DNA of 32,000 nt from Candidatus Saccharimonadota bacterium (GCF_964019745.1 NZ_OZ026462.1:240001-272000); one strand, 5' to 3'. Positions 9,607-19,827 are shown, counted from the stretch's first letter. Translations and numbers: made by a program. The notes: generated from the letters alone by a model not told the origin.

Positions 9607-10101
9607 ATGTCATATTCAAAAAAAGTTTTAGATCATTACGAAAACCCTCGTAATGTTGGGAGTTTTAAAAAAGATTTTAAAAATATTGGTACTGGTATGG
9701 TTGGTGCTCCATCTTGTGGTGATGTTATGAAATTACAAATTAAAGTTAATTCTAAAGGTATTATAGAAGATGCTAAATTTAAAACTTATGGTTGTGGTTC
9801 AGCAATTGCTTCTTCTTCATTAATTACAGAATGGATTAAAGGTAAAACATTAGATGAAGCATTATTAATAAAAAATTCAGAAATAGTTGAAGAACTTTCT
9901 TTACCTCCAGTTAAAATACATTGTTCAATCTTAGCAGAAGATGCAATAAGAGCTGCAATAAAAGATTATAAATTAAGAAAATTAAAAAATAGTAGTAAAA
10001 ATAAAATAAGAACTAGAACTAGAACTAGAATAAAAACAAAAACAAAAACAAAAACAAAAACAAAAACAAAAACAAAAACAAAAGCTAAAAAAATTAAATA
10101 A
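9607..10101 (+). CDS. iscU: Fe-S cluster scaffold IscU with a 35-residue repeat-encoded basic C-terminal tail
   Basis: YENPRNVGS, GAPSCGDVMKL, YGCGSAIASSS and LPPVKIHCSILAED are the IscU signature with three Cys ligands. The homologous part ends around AIKDYKLRK and is followed by the tail ...RTRTRTRIKTKTKTKTKTKTKTKTKAKKIK. Confidence 0.95.
   Translation: MSYSKKVLDHYENPRNVGSFKKDFKNIGTGMVGAPSCGDVMKLQIKVNSKGIIEDAKFKTYGCGSAIASSSLITEWIKGKTLDEALLIKNSEIVEELSLPPVKIHCSILAEDAIRAAIKDYKLRKLKNSSKNKIRTRTRTRIKTKTKTKTKTKTKTKTKAKKIK
10009..10083 (+). repeat. two adjacent in-frame hexanucleotide microsatellites: (AGAACT)x3.5 then (AAAACA)x8
   Basis: AGAACT units start at 10009, 10015 and 10021, with a partial unit at 10027. 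Perfect AAAACA units run 10033-10080, with a C every 6 nt at 10037, 10043 ... 10079. They lie inside the iscU 3' end. Confidence 0.95.
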
Positions 10102-10164
10102 AATTTAAAATAAATAAATTAATTTAATTAATATTTTTATATATAAATATATATTTTTATATAT

Positions 10165-10677
10165 ATGAAAAATTATTTTTTTTTATTTAATTTACCTATT
10201 ATTTTTAATATTAATTTATTAATTTTAGAAAAAAAATATATTCAATTACAAAATGAAAATCATCCTGATAGATTTATTTTTTTAAATAAAAAAAAAAAAA
10301 AAAAAAAAATAGAATTTTCTTCCTTTATTAATAAAGCTTATTTAAATTTAAAAAATCCTTTAAAAAGATCAATATATTTGTGTAAATTAATGAATTATAA
10401 TTTATTTATTAATAAAAATATTTTTTTTTCTAAAGAATTTTTATTAAAACAATTAAAATTAAGAAAATATTTAGAATATATAAAATATAATAATAAAAAA
10501 AAAAAATTAAATAAATTTGAAATTAATATTTATAAAAAAAAAAAAATTATTATAAATTTAATAAATATTCAATTTATTAAGAAAAATTTAAAAAATTTAA
10601 AAGAATTAATATATAATTTAATATTTTTAGAAAAAATTATTAAAAATATAAATAATATTTTTTTTGAAATTAAATAA
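10165..10677 (+). CDS. hscB: Fe-S cluster co-chaperone HscB
   Basis: 170-aa ORF with the J-domain HPD motif (LQNENHPDRF). It sits between iscU and hscA, and the size is typical. Confidence 0.8.
   Translation: MKNYFFLFNLPIIFNINLLILEKKYIQLQNENHPDRFIFLNKKKKKKKIEFSSFINKAYLNLKNPLKRSIYLCKLMNYNLFINKNIFFSKEFLLKQLKLRKYLEYIKYNNKKKKLNKFEINIYKKKKIIINLINIQFIKKNLKNLKELIYNLIFLEKIIKNINNIFFEIK
10288..10309 (+). repeat. A22 homopolymer inside hscB (encodes K7)
   Basis: Direct count: AAT then 22 consecutive A, read as AAA x7 plus the A of ATA. Confidence 0.95.
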
Positions 10678-10689
10678 ATATTTTTTTAA

Positions 10690-12198
10690 ATTAAAAAAAT
10701 AATAAATATTATTAATAAAAATGATTTAGTATTAGGAATAGATTTTGGTACTACTAATTCTTTAGTAACAATTATTATAGATGGTATACCTAAAACTATA
10801 AAATATAATAAAAAATATGATTTATTACCATCTAATATACAGTTTTTAACTAAAAAAAAAATTTTAATTGGAAATAAAATTGATAAATTAAAATTTATTA
10901 AAAATAAAAATATAATTTTTTCTATTAAACGTTTTATAGGACGAGATTTAAAAGAAATTTCATTTTTAAAAAATATATCTTATAATATAAAAGAATTATT
11001 TGGAATTTTATATATAAATACTTCTTTTGGTTTTAAGAGTGTTGTAGAAATTTCTTCTAAAATATTTTTTGCTTTATTAAAAATTGTTAAAAAAAAATTA
11101 AATATTAATGTAAATATAGCGGTTATTACAGTTCCCGCATATTTTAATGAATTACAAAGAAAATCTATAAAATATGCTGCAAATTTAGCAAATATAAAAG
11201 TTTTACGTTTATTAAATGAACCTACATCTGCAGCTATTGCTTATGGATTAAATAATTTTTCTTTTGGAAAATTTTTAATTTATGATTTAGGAGGTGGTAC
11301 TTTTGATGTTTCTATTTTAGAAATTAAAAAAAATATTTTTAAAGTTTTAGCTGTAGGTGGTGATCCTTTTTTAGGTGGTGATGATTTTGATAATATTTTA
11401 TTTAATTGGATTTTAAAAAAATTAGATTTTTTTTTTTTATCTGAAAATGATTTATATAAATTAAGATTAAAATCTCGTAAATTTAAAGAAATTCTTTCTT
11501 TTAAAAAATATTTAAAAATTAAATTAATTTTAAATTTTAATAAAAAAATTTTTTTATTTTTAACATTAAAAAAATTTATTAATTTAATTAAAATATTAAT
11601 TAAAAAAACTATTAATATTATTTATAAAATTTTAAGGGAATCTAATATTCATATAAATGAAATTACTAAAGTAATTTTAGTTGGTGGTGTTACTCGTATT
11701 CCTTATTTAAGAAAATCTATTAATAAATTGTTTAATAATAAAGTTTTATTTAATATTGATCCAGATAGAGTTGTTTCTATAGGTGCAGCTATTCAAGGAA
11801 ATTTATTAATTAATAATACTATTTTAAATTTAAAAAAAATATTATTATTAGATGTAATACCTTTTTCGTTAGGTATTGAAACTATTAATGGAATAGTTGA
11901 AAAAATTATAAATAAAAATTCTATAATTCCTTGTTTTTATAGTCAATATTTTACTACCTTAAAAAATAATCAAACAAAAATTTTATTAAATATTTTACAA
12001 GGAGAAGATAAATTAGTTATTAATTGTAAATCTATAGCAAAATTTGAAATAAGTGGAATATCTCCTATGAAAGCTGGAAATATTCGTGTATTAATAATTT
12101 TTAAAATTGATATTGATGGTTTATTAAAAATTTCTGCTAAAGAATTTTTTTTAAAAAAAAAAAAAAAATTATTTATTAAATGTTTATTTAAAAAATAA
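10690..12198 (+). CDS. hscA: Fe-S chaperone HscA (Hsp70 family), with a non-canonical start and lacking the C-terminal helical lid
   Basis: The frame is open from TAA 10687-10689 to TAA 12196-12198. My translation gives ..[15 protein letters not shown].., [57 protein letters not shown] and [13 protein letters not shown]. The ORF track shows only the tail from TTG 11728. The likely start is ATT/ATA within 10690-10711. Confidence 0.85.
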   Translation: MKKIINIINKNDLVLGIDFGTTNSLVTIIIDGIPKTIKYNKKYDLLPSNIQFLTKKKILIGNKIDKLKFIKNKNIIFSIKRFIGRDLKEISFLKNISYNIKELFGILYINTSFGFKSVVEISSKIFFALLKIVKKKLNINVNIAVITVPAYFNELQRKSIKYAANLANIKVLRLLNEPTSAAIAYGLNNFSFGKFLIYDLGGGTFDVSILEIKKNIFKVLAVGGDPFLGGDDFDNILFNWILKKLDFFFLSENDLYKLRLKSRKFKEILSFKKYLKIKLILNFNKKIFLFLTLKKFINLIKILIKKTINIIYKILRESNIHINEITKVILVGGVTRIPYLRKSINKLFNNKVLFNIDPDRVVSIGAAIQGNLLINNTILNLKKILLLDVIPFSLGIETINGIVEKIINKNSIIPCFYSQYFTTLKNNQTKILLNILQGEDKLVINCKSIAKFEISGISPMKAGNIRVLIIFKIDIDGLLKISAKEFFLKKKKKLFIKCLFKK

Positions 12199-12280
12199 AT
12201 ATAAATAATTTTATTTTATAAAAATATATAAATAATATATATTTTTTATTATATAAAAATTTTATTAATTTTTTTTAAAA

Positions 12281-12613
12281 ATGTCAAAAATTATAATTTT
12301 ACCACATATTTATTATTGCCCTAATGGTTTTATTATTAAAAATTTTAATTTTGGTGAAAGTTTGTGTAATATTTTATTAAAAAATAAAATATATATTGAA
12401 CATTCTTGTGGGAAAGTTTGCGCTTGTACAACTTGTCATGTTATAGTTTGTAAAGGATTTAATCTTTTAAATAAACCATCTTTAAAAGAAGAAAATTTAT
12501 TAGATATAGCATGGGGTTTAGAAGCTAATTCTAGACTTTCTTGTCAAGTAATTTTAAAAAAACAAAATTTAATTATAAAAATACCTCAATATACTATAAA
12601 TTATTGTAAATAA
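12281..12613 (+). CDS. fdx: ISC-type [2Fe-2S] ferredoxin
   Basis: 110-aa ORF. The cysteine pattern CGKVCACTTCHV ... SRLSCQV is typical of Fdx, and it is the last gene of the isc cluster. Confidence 0.9.
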   Translation: MSKIIILPHIYYCPNGFIIKNFNFGESLCNILLKNKIYIEHSCGKVCACTTCHVIVCKGFNLLNKPSLKEENLLDIAWGLEANSRLSCQVILKKQNLIIKIPQYTINYCK

Positions 12614-12624
12614 ATATTTATATT

Positions 12625-13863
12625 TTAAAAATTTAAAGCTTTTTTAAAATCATATAATATATCTTTAATGTTTTCAATACCTACTGATACTCTTATTAGA
12701 GATTCTGAAATACCCATTTTTTTTCTTTTTTTTTTTCCCATTTCAAAATAAATAGTATGTGCTACTGGAATTACTAAAGTTCTATTATCTCCTAAATTAC
12801 TAGCAATTATAGCTATTTTTAATTTATTTAAATATTCAAAACATTTAATATTTTTATTTAATTCAAAACTTAAAATATTTCCAAAATATTTAAATTTTTT
12901 TTTTGCTAATTTATGTTGAGGGTGTGTTGATAAACCAGGATAAAAAACTTTTGAAATATTTTTTTCATTATTTAGCATATTTGCTAATGATAATGCATTT
13001 TTACAAGCTTTTTTTTGTCTTAAAGAAATTGTTTCTGCTCCAATTGAAATATTATAGGCTGATTCTGGACTTAAAGAGGCACCAAAATCACGTAATGCTT
13101 TTGATCGGATTTGAATAATACCCCATTTACTATAATGATATTTTTTATATATATTTAAAATATTAGAAAATTTTTTCCAATTGTAAATCCCAGTATCAGT
13201 TAGAGAGCCTCCTAATGTATTACCATGACCACATATTGATTTAGTTAATGAATTTATAATTAAACTTGCTTTAACGGTTTTAGGTTGAAATAAATATGGA
13301 GATGTTATAGTATTATCAACTATATATAAAATATTTTTTTTTTCACATAATTTTCCAATATTTTTTAAATCTGCTATTTGTGTTCTAGGATTTGCTATTG
13401 TTTCTACAAAAATTATTTTAGTTCTTGAAGTAATTTTTTTTTTTATATTTTTTATATCTGTAGCATCTACCATATCTATTTTAATACCTTGTAAATTAAT
13501 TGTATTAAACATACTATTAGTATTACCGAATAAAAAAAATGAAGAAATAATATGATCGTTTTTAATTAATAATCCTTGGATAATAGCTGCTATTGCTGCC
13601 ATACCTGTTGAAAAACATATAGTATATTTGCCGTTTTCCATTAATGTTATTTTTTTTTCTAATGCTGATACTGTAGGATTTCCTTGTCTACCATATCTAT
13701 ATCCATTTTGTTTTCCTTGAAAAACTTCTGCAATATGTTTAGCATTTTTATATTTAAAAGCTACATTATTATATATAGGTTTATGTATTGAACCATGTTC
13801 AATATATTTTTTTTTATTATAATGTAAAATTTTAGTAGTAAATCCTAAATTTTTTTTATTCAT
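12625..13863 (-). CDS. O-acetyl/O-succinyl-homoserine sulfhydrylase (Cys/Met-metabolism PLP enzyme, MetY/MetZ-like)
   Basis: 412-aa ORF. Motifs are YGRQGNPTV, FSTGMAAI, VDNT and SLTKSICGHGNTLGG (PLP-binding Lys), characteristic of the family. I cannot separate MetY from MetZ by eye. Confidence 0.85.
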   Translation of the reverse strand: MNKKNLGFTTKILHYNKKKYIEHGSIHKPIYNNVAFKYKNAKHIAEVFQGKQNGYRYGRQGNPTVSALEKKITLMENGKYTICFSTGMAAIAAIIQGLLIKNDHIISSFFLFGNTNSMFNTINLQGIKIDMVDATDIKNIKKKITSRTKIIFVETIANPRTQIADLKNIGKLCEKKNILYIVDNTITSPYLFQPKTVKASLIINSLTKSICGHGNTLGGSLTDTGIYNWKKFSNILNIYKKYHYSKWGIIQIRSKALRDFGASLSPESAYNISIGAETISLRQKKACKNALSLANMLNNEKNISKVFYPGLSTHPQHKLAKKKFKYFGNILSFELNKNIKCFEYLNKLKIAIIASNLGDNRTLVIPVAHTIYFEMGKKKRKKMGISESLIRVSVGIENIKDILYDFKKALNF

Positions 13864-14441
13864 AATATTTAAATTTAATAAATAAAATTATTTATATTTT
13901 ATTTTATTTAAAATATTTGAAATAATAAAAAAAAAGATTTATAATATTATATATTTTTTGAATTTTTTAATTGTTTATTTATTAAAATGAGGGTTTAAAA
14001 ATAAAATTTTATATATATTTTTCATATTATATTTTTTTGTTTATATTTAATAATATTATAAATATTTTATTTTTTTTAAAAAAAATAATTTTATTAAAAT
14101 AATATATATATTATTTTTTTTTATTAATATTTTATTTATTATATTTTTTTTAAATATATTAAATAATATAATATTTATAATGTTATAAATTTTTAAAAAA
14201 ATAATAAAATATTTTTTTAAATATTTTTAAAAACATTAAAAATATATTTTTATTGAAATATATAATTTTAATATATAATTTTATTTTTAATTAATATTAA
14301 TTATTAAAATAAAAAAAATAAATTTATATTATTTATTTTAATAATTAAAATTATTAAAAATTTATATTTATATTTTTATTTTTTATATTAAATAATTAAT
14401 TATTTAAAAATTTATTTTTTTATATAAAATTATAATTTTTA
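13864..14441. other. 578-nt non-coding spacer, almost pure A/T, between trpA (3' end) and the sulfhydrylase gene (5' end)
   Basis: My manual count gives about 13 G/C in 578 nt. Positions 14256-14449 have none. There is no ORF in the track. Confidence 0.85.
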
Positions 14442-15239
14442 TTATTTATCTAAAGTATAACGTATATTTTTTATTAATTTTTTAATATCATTAAAAATAT
14501 TTTCTTTTGAAGATTTTTTTATTTTTTTTATAATTTTACTTCCTATTATAATTCCATCTGCTATATTTTTTATTTTTTCAATTATTTTTAAAGAATTAAT
14601 CCCAAAACCTATATTTATTGGCAATTTAGTATAATTTTTTATTATATTAATTTTTTTTTGTAAATTATTAATTTCTATATTTTTTGATCCAGTAACTCCT
14701 TTTAAAGAAACATAATAAATAAATCCACTATTAATTTTAGAAATTTTTTCTATTCTTTTTTTATTTGTAGTAGGAGATATTAAAAAAATTTGATCAATTT
14801 TTTTATTTTTCATTTTTTTGGTAAATTTTTTACATTCTTCAGGAGGATAATCAACTATTATTATTCCATCTATATCTGAAATTTTTGCTTGATAAATAAA
14901 ATTATTTATTCCTAATTTTTCTATTGAATTAGCATATCCCATTAAAATTATTGGTGTAATTTTATTAAATTTTCTAAAATTATATATATTTTTTAATATA
15001 TTTTTTAGATTTGTTTTAAATTTTAATGATCTTTTATGAGATTTTTGTATTGTTTTTCCTTCTGCCATAGGATCAGAAAAAGGTATTCCAATTTCAATAA
15101 TATTAGCACCATATTTAACTAATGTATTCATTAATTTTAATGTATATTTAGGTGCGGGGTCGTTAGCTGTAATAAAAGTTATTAATGCTTTTTTTTTTAA
15201 TAATGCTAATTTAGAAAATGTTTCTTTAATTCTAGACAT
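14442..15239 (-). CDS. trpA: tryptophan synthase alpha chain
   Basis: 265-aa ORF. Motifs are ALITFITANDP, IEIGIPFSDPMAEG and GFIYYVSLKGVTG. Confidence 0.95.
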   Translation of the reverse strand: MSRIKETFSKLALLKKKALITFITANDPAPKYTLKLMNTLVKYGANIIEIGIPFSDPMAEGKTIQKSHKRSLKFKTNLKNILKNIYNFRKFNKITPIILMGYANSIEKLGINNFIYQAKISDIDGIIIVDYPPEECKKFTKKMKNKKIDQIFLISPTTNKKRIEKISKINSGFIYYVSLKGVTGSKNIEINNLQKKINIIKNYTKLPINIGFGINSLKIIEKIKNIADGIIIGSKIIKKIKKSSKENIFNDIKKLIKNIRYTLDK

Positions 15240-15262
15240 ATTTATTATAAAATATATAAATA

Positions 15263-16498
15263 TTATAAATTTTTATTTATATTTTTTATTGTATGCATAT
15301 CTTTATCACCTCTTCCAGATAAATTAATTAGAATATTTTTTTTTTTTGTTAAAATAGAAGAAATTTTTAAAGCATATGCTAAAGCATGACTAGATTCTAA
15401 AGCAGGAATAATTCCTTCAATATTACAACAATCATAAAAAGCAGATAAAGCTTCATTATCAGTAATATTTTTATATTTAATTCTACCTATATCTTTTAAA
15501 AAAGAATGTTCTGGTCCTACACCAGGGTAATCTAAACCTGCGGATATAGAATGTGTCTTTAAAATTTGTCCGTATTTATCTTGTAATAAATATGTTCTAT
15601 TACCATGTAATATTCCAGAAGATCCCATCAATAAAGAAGCAGCATGTTTATTAGTTTTTAATCCTTTACCAGCTGCTTCAATTCCTAAAAGTTTAATTTT
15701 TTTATAATTAATATATGGATAAAAAATTCCTATAGCATTAGAACCACCACCAATTGCTGCTATTATGTAATCTGGTTGTTTTTTTAAAATTTTATGCATT
15801 TGTTTTATGCATTCCTTACCGATAATTGATTGAAAATTTCTAACAATTGTAGGATATGGATGAGGACCAGCAACAGTTCCTATTACATAAAATGTTGTTT
15901 CAATATTTGTTGTCCAATCTCGTATAGCTTCATTTAAAGCATCTTTTAATGTTTTAGAACCTGAATTAACAGGAATTACAGTAGCTCCTAAAAGATTTAT
16001 TTTATAAACGTTTTGTAATTGTCTTTTAATATCTTTACTTCCCATATATATATTACAATCCATCCCAAATTTTGCAGCAACAGTAGCTACTGCTACACCA
16101 TGTTGTCCTGCACCACTTTCAGCGATTATTCTTTTTTTATTCATTTTTTTTGCTAAAATAATTTGTCCTATAACATTGTTAATTTTGTGCGAACCTGTAT
16201 GATTTAAATCTTCTCTTTTTAAAAAAATCTTTGCTCCTCCAATAATTTTAGATAAATTTTTAGCATAATAAATTGGAGTTGGTCTACCAATAAAATTTTT
16301 TAATTCATTATTAATTTTATTTATAAAATTTTTATTATTTTTATTTTTAATATATATTTTTTGTAATTTTTGTAATGCTAAAATTAATGTTTCTGAAATA
16401 AATTTTCCTCCATATTTTCCAAAATAACCTTTTTTATTTGGTAAATTATAAATATTTTTATTTATTTTTTTAAAAAAAATATTATTTAAAATTTTCAT
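15263..16498 (-). CDS. trpB: tryptophan synthase beta chain
   Basis: 411-aa ORF. Motifs are [23 protein letters not shown] (PLP Lys), GAGQHGVA and GGGSNAIG. Confidence 0.97.
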   Translation of the reverse strand: MKILNNIFFKKINKNIYNLPNKKGYFGKYGGKFISETLILALQKLQKIYIKNKNNKNFINKINNELKNFIGRPTPIYYAKNLSKIIGGAKIFLKREDLNHTGSHKINNVIGQIILAKKMNKKRIIAESGAGQHGVAVATVAAKFGMDCNIYMGSKDIKRQLQNVYKINLLGATVIPVNSGSKTLKDALNEAIRDWTTNIETTFYVIGTVAGPHPYPTIVRNFQSIIGKECIKQMHKILKKQPDYIIAAIGGGSNAIGIFYPYINYKKIKLLGIEAAGKGLKTNKHAASLLMGSSGILHGNRTYLLQDKYGQILKTHSISAGLDYPGVGPEHSFLKDIGRIKYKNITDNEALSAFYDCCNIEGIIPALESSHALAYALKISSILTKKKNILINLSGRGDKDMHTIKNINKNL

Positions 16499-16530
16499 TT
16501 TTTAATTATTTATTAAAAATAAATATTTAT

Positions 16531-17190
16531 TTATTTAAAATTAATTAAATTTATTTTTTTAATTAATAATTTTATTTTTTTTATATCTTTAATACCTTTT
16601 TTTTTTTCAACGCCACTACTTATATCTATTGCATATGGTTTAATTTTTTTTATTGCTTTAGAAATATTATTAATATTTATCCCTCCACTTAAAATAATTT
16701 TTGATTTTATTTCATTAGGAATAATATCCCAATTAAATGTTTTCCCACTTCCTCCATAATTTTTATTAAATGTATCTAATAATAAACCTTTAAAAAAAAT
16801 ACTTGAATTAGTAAATTTTTTTTCATAATTTAATAATTCTATACTTGTTGTATTTTTTTTAATTCTTATTGCTTTTATAAAAGGTAATTTTGTTAAAAAT
16901 GCTATTTTTGAACATTCTTCAGGAGTTTCATCGCCATGAAATTGTAATAATGATAATTGAACATATTTTAAAACATATTTAATATTTTCTAAATTTTGAT
17001 TTACAAATAAACCTACTTTTATAGTAAATGGAGATACATATTTTATTAAATTAGAAGCTTTTATAGGATTTATATACCTTGGGCTTTGTTTAAAAAATAC
17101 AAATCCCATAGCATTTATCCCAAATAATGAAATATTTTTAATATCTTTTAATTTTGTTAAACCACAAATTTTGATTTTTGTTTTATACAT
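16531..17190 (-). CDS. trpF: phosphoribosylanthranilate isomerase (monofunctional)
   Basis: 219-aa ORF. KICGLTKLKD..GINAMGFVFFKQSPRYI and LQFHGDE are TrpF motifs. Its start is 1 nt from the truA stop. Confidence 0.9.
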   Translation of the reverse strand: MYKTKIKICGLTKLKDIKNISLFGINAMGFVFFKQSPRYINPIKASNLIKYVSPFTIKVGLFVNQNLENIKYVLKYVQLSLLQFHGDETPEECSKIAFLTKLPFIKAIRIKKNTTSIELLNYEKKFTNSSIFFKGLLLDTFNKNYGGSGKTFNWDIIPNEIKSKIILSGGININNISKAIKKIKPYAIDISSGVEKKKGIKDIKKIKLLIKKINLINFK

Positions 17191-17191
17191 T

Positions 17192-18013
17192 TTATTGTAC
17201 TAAAAATTTATATATATTTAAAAAAAAATTTATATTTTTTTTTTTAGGAAGATTCCAAATATTTGAATAATTAATTTTTGTTAAATATAATCCATATGGC
17301 ATAAATGTAAAAATATTATATTTTTTTTTTTTTTTTAATATTTTATATACATCTATTGGTTTATATAAACCATTTCCTACATTTATTAGTAATCCTATTA
17401 TATTTCTAACCATATGATATAAAAATGAATTTGCATTAATAATAAATATTATTATTTTTTTATATTTATATATTTTAATATATTTTATATTTTTAATTGA
17501 AGTTTTTGATTGACATTTTGAAGATTTAAGATTTGAAAAATCATGTAATCCTATTAAATATTTAGCGCCATTATTCATTAAATTTATATTAAGTTTTTTA
17601 TGAGTCCAACCAACTTTTCCATATAAAAATGGTGATTTTAAAATATTATTATACAATATATATTGATATATTCTAGAAATTGCACTAAATCTAGAATGAA
17701 AATTTTTTTCTTTTATATTATTAATTTTAAATTTATGAACCCAATTTATAACAATTGTAGGTGGTAAAAAATGATTTATTCCGTATAACCAAAGTATTTT
17801 ACTTTTTTTAATATTAGTGTCAAAATGAGCAATTTGTTCTAATGCGTGAACGCCTGTATCTGTTCTGCTAGAACAAATAACATTTATTTTTATTAATATT
17901 AATTTTTTAATAGCTTCTTCTAATTTATCTTGTATAGTTAATTTATGTTTTTGTTTTTGCCATCCATGCCATAAATTTCCATCATATTGAATACTTAAAA
18001 CTATTCTTATCAT
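17192..18013 (-). CDS. truA: tRNA pseudouridine(38-40) synthase TruA
   Basis: 273-aa ORF. Motifs are IQYDGNLWHGWQKQ, SSRTDTGVHA (catalytic Asp) and FLYHMVRNIIG. Confidence 0.9.
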   Translation of the reverse strand: MIRIVLSIQYDGNLWHGWQKQKHKLTIQDKLEEAIKKLILIKINVICSSRTDTGVHALEQIAHFDTNIKKSKILWLYGINHFLPPTIVINWVHKFKINNIKEKNFHSRFSAISRIYQYILYNNILKSPFLYGKVGWTHKKLNINLMNNGAKYLIGLHDFSNLKSSKCQSKTSIKNIKYIKIYKYKKIIIFIINANSFLYHMVRNIIGLLINVGNGLYKPIDVYKILKKKKKYNIFTFMPYGLYLTKINYSNIWNLPKKKNINFFLNIYKFLVQ

Positions 18014-18066
18014 TTTTTAATAAATTTATTTTTATTTTTTAAAAAAAATTAAATTTATATTTTTTA

Positions 18067-18140
18067 TGGGCCCAGAGGGATTTGAACCCCCCACCGAACG
18101 ATTATGAGTCGTTTGCTCTAACCAACTGAGCTATAGGCCC
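18067..18140 (-). tRNA. elongator tRNA with CAU anticodon (Met, or Ile2 if lysidine-modified)
   Basis: The reverse complement gggcctatagctcagttggttagagcaaacgactcataatcgttcggtggggggttcaaatccctctgggccca folds canonically. The G1-C72 pair excludes an initiator. C4:G69 and C5:G68 match the E. coli tRNA-Ile2 acceptor features, so Ile2 is possible. Confidence 0.85.
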
Positions 18141-18149
18141 ATTTAATTT

Positions 18150-19736
18150 TTAAGATTTTAAAAATTTTGATGATTCTTTTAATTTACGTAATGCTTTAGC
18201 TTCTATTTGTCTAATTCTTTCTCTAGTAACGTTAAAATATTTCCCAACTTCTTCTAATGTATAATCTATATCTGAATTTATACCAAATCTCATTTTTATT
18301 ATTTTTGATTCTCTTTTTGTTAATCCTTTTAAAATTTCTTTTATAGAATTTTTCATAGAAGAATTAAAAGCAGCTTCTGAAGGTGTTATTATATTAGTAT
18401 CTTCAATAAAATCTCCTAAATATGAATCATTATTATCACCTATAGGTGTTTCCATAGAAATAGGTTCTTTAGCTATTTTCATAATTTTTTTTATTTTTTT
18501 TTTAGAAATTCCTATTTTTTTTGATAATGTTAAAATATCTGGTTCAAAACCAGTTTTTTGTAATATTTGTCTAGAAATTTTATTTATTTTATTAATTGTT
18601 TCTATCATATGTACGGGAATTCTAATGGTTTTTGCTTGATCAGCAATAGATCTAGTAATTGCTTGACGTATCCACCATGTTGAATATGTTGAAAATTTAT
18701 ATCCTTTTTGATATTCAAATTTATCTACAGCTTTTATTAGTCCTATATTTCCTTCTTGAATTAAATCTAAAAAATTTAAACCTCTATTAATATATTTTTT
18801 TGATATAGAAATTACTAATCTTAAATTTGCTTCTATCATTTTTTTTTTTTCTTTATTAATTTTTTTTTTTGCTTTAAGTATAATTTTGAAAATTTTTTTA
18901 ATTTTTAAAATTGGTAAAGACCATTTTTTTTCTATATCTAATATTTTTTTTTCTAAATTTTGAATTTTAAAAAAATTTTTTTTTAATATTTTTTTTTTTT
19001 TTAAAAAAAGATAAAAATTTTTATCTATCCAAATATAATTTGTTTTATATTTATATAAATTATTTTTATATACTTTATAATCTATATTACATTTTTTTAC
19101 TATTATTTTAAAAAATTTTTTTTCTATTTTTTTTATTAAATTTATTGTTAATTTTATTTTTTTATAAAATTCACTCATAATTTTAGGAGTAAAAATAAAA
19201 TTTGAAAATTTTTTTGAAATTTTATTTTGTAATTTAATAAAAAAAATAGGTTTATTTTTATAAATTTTTTTTAATATTTTTAATATTTTTTTTTTTTTTA
19301 AAATTAAAAGATATTTTATAGATAATTTTTTTTTAAATTTAATAATTTTATTAAATAATAAAGTAGATTTTTTAAAATTATTTTTTTTAAAAGATATTCT
19401 TTCTTTTTTATTTTTATTAAATCCTTCAATTATTTTATTTATTAAAATTTTATTATTTATAATTTTTTTAAAATATTTTAAAGTTTTTGAAATTATATTT
19501 AAACAAACAAAATAAAAATATCTTATTTTTTTTAATCCCTTTTCTATTTTTTTAAAAATTTTTTTTTCTGCTTCTTTAGTTAATAATTTTATATCCCCCA
19601 TTTCCTTCATATATACTTTCATTAAATTATTTATCTTATTTTCATCTAAAATAATATTATTTTTTAAAATATTATTGATATTATTTTTGTTTTTTAAAAT
19701 TTTTTTATTATTATTTTTGTTTTTAGATACATTCAT
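18150..19736 (-). CDS. rpoD: RNA polymerase sigma-70 factor RpoD
   Basis: 528-aa ORF. Region 2 is [35 protein letters not shown] and [14 protein letters not shown]. Region 4.2 is [27 protein letters not shown]. Confidence 0.95.
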   Translation of the reverse strand: MNVSKNKNNNKKILKNKNNINNILKNNIILDENKINNLMKVYMKEMGDIKLLTKEAEKKIFKKIEKGLKKIRYFYFVCLNIISKTLKYFKKIINNKILINKIIEGFNKNKKERISFKKNNFKKSTLLFNKIIKFKKKLSIKYLLILKKKKILKILKKIYKNKPIFFIKLQNKISKKFSNFIFTPKIMSEFYKKIKLTINLIKKIEKKFFKIIVKKCNIDYKVYKNNLYKYKTNYIWIDKNFYLFLKKKKILKKNFFKIQNLEKKILDIEKKWSLPILKIKKIFKIILKAKKKINKEKKKMIEANLRLVISISKKYINRGLNFLDLIQEGNIGLIKAVDKFEYQKGYKFSTYSTWWIRQAITRSIADQAKTIRIPVHMIETINKINKISRQILQKTGFEPDILTLSKKIGISKKKIKKIMKIAKEPISMETPIGDNNDSYLGDFIEDTNIITPSEAAFNSSMKNSIKEILKGLTKRESKIIKMRFGINSDIDYTLEEVGKYFNVTRERIRQIEAKALRKLKESSKFLKS

Positions 19737-19827
19737 ATTTAGAATAATTTTTAAAATTTTTATATTTTTTTATTTAAATTTTTTCTTATATTTAAAATTA
19801 TTAATTTTTTATATAAATTAAAATTAA

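Noticed and set aside
10721-10729. ATG ATT TAG mini-ORF overlapping the hscA 5' end
   Set aside because: I considered it as a leader peptide or regulatory uORF. It is more simply explained as the remnant of the ancestral hscA ATG displaced by a 1-nt deletion (see the hscA finding). Nothing supports an independent function.
12903-13118. 71-aa ORF on the plus strand (MLIYVEGVLINQDKK...)
   Set aside because: It lies entirely antisense to the well-conserved PLP sulfhydrylase gene. It starts with TTG, has no recognisable motif, and has the composition expected of a chance frame. I treat it as spurious.
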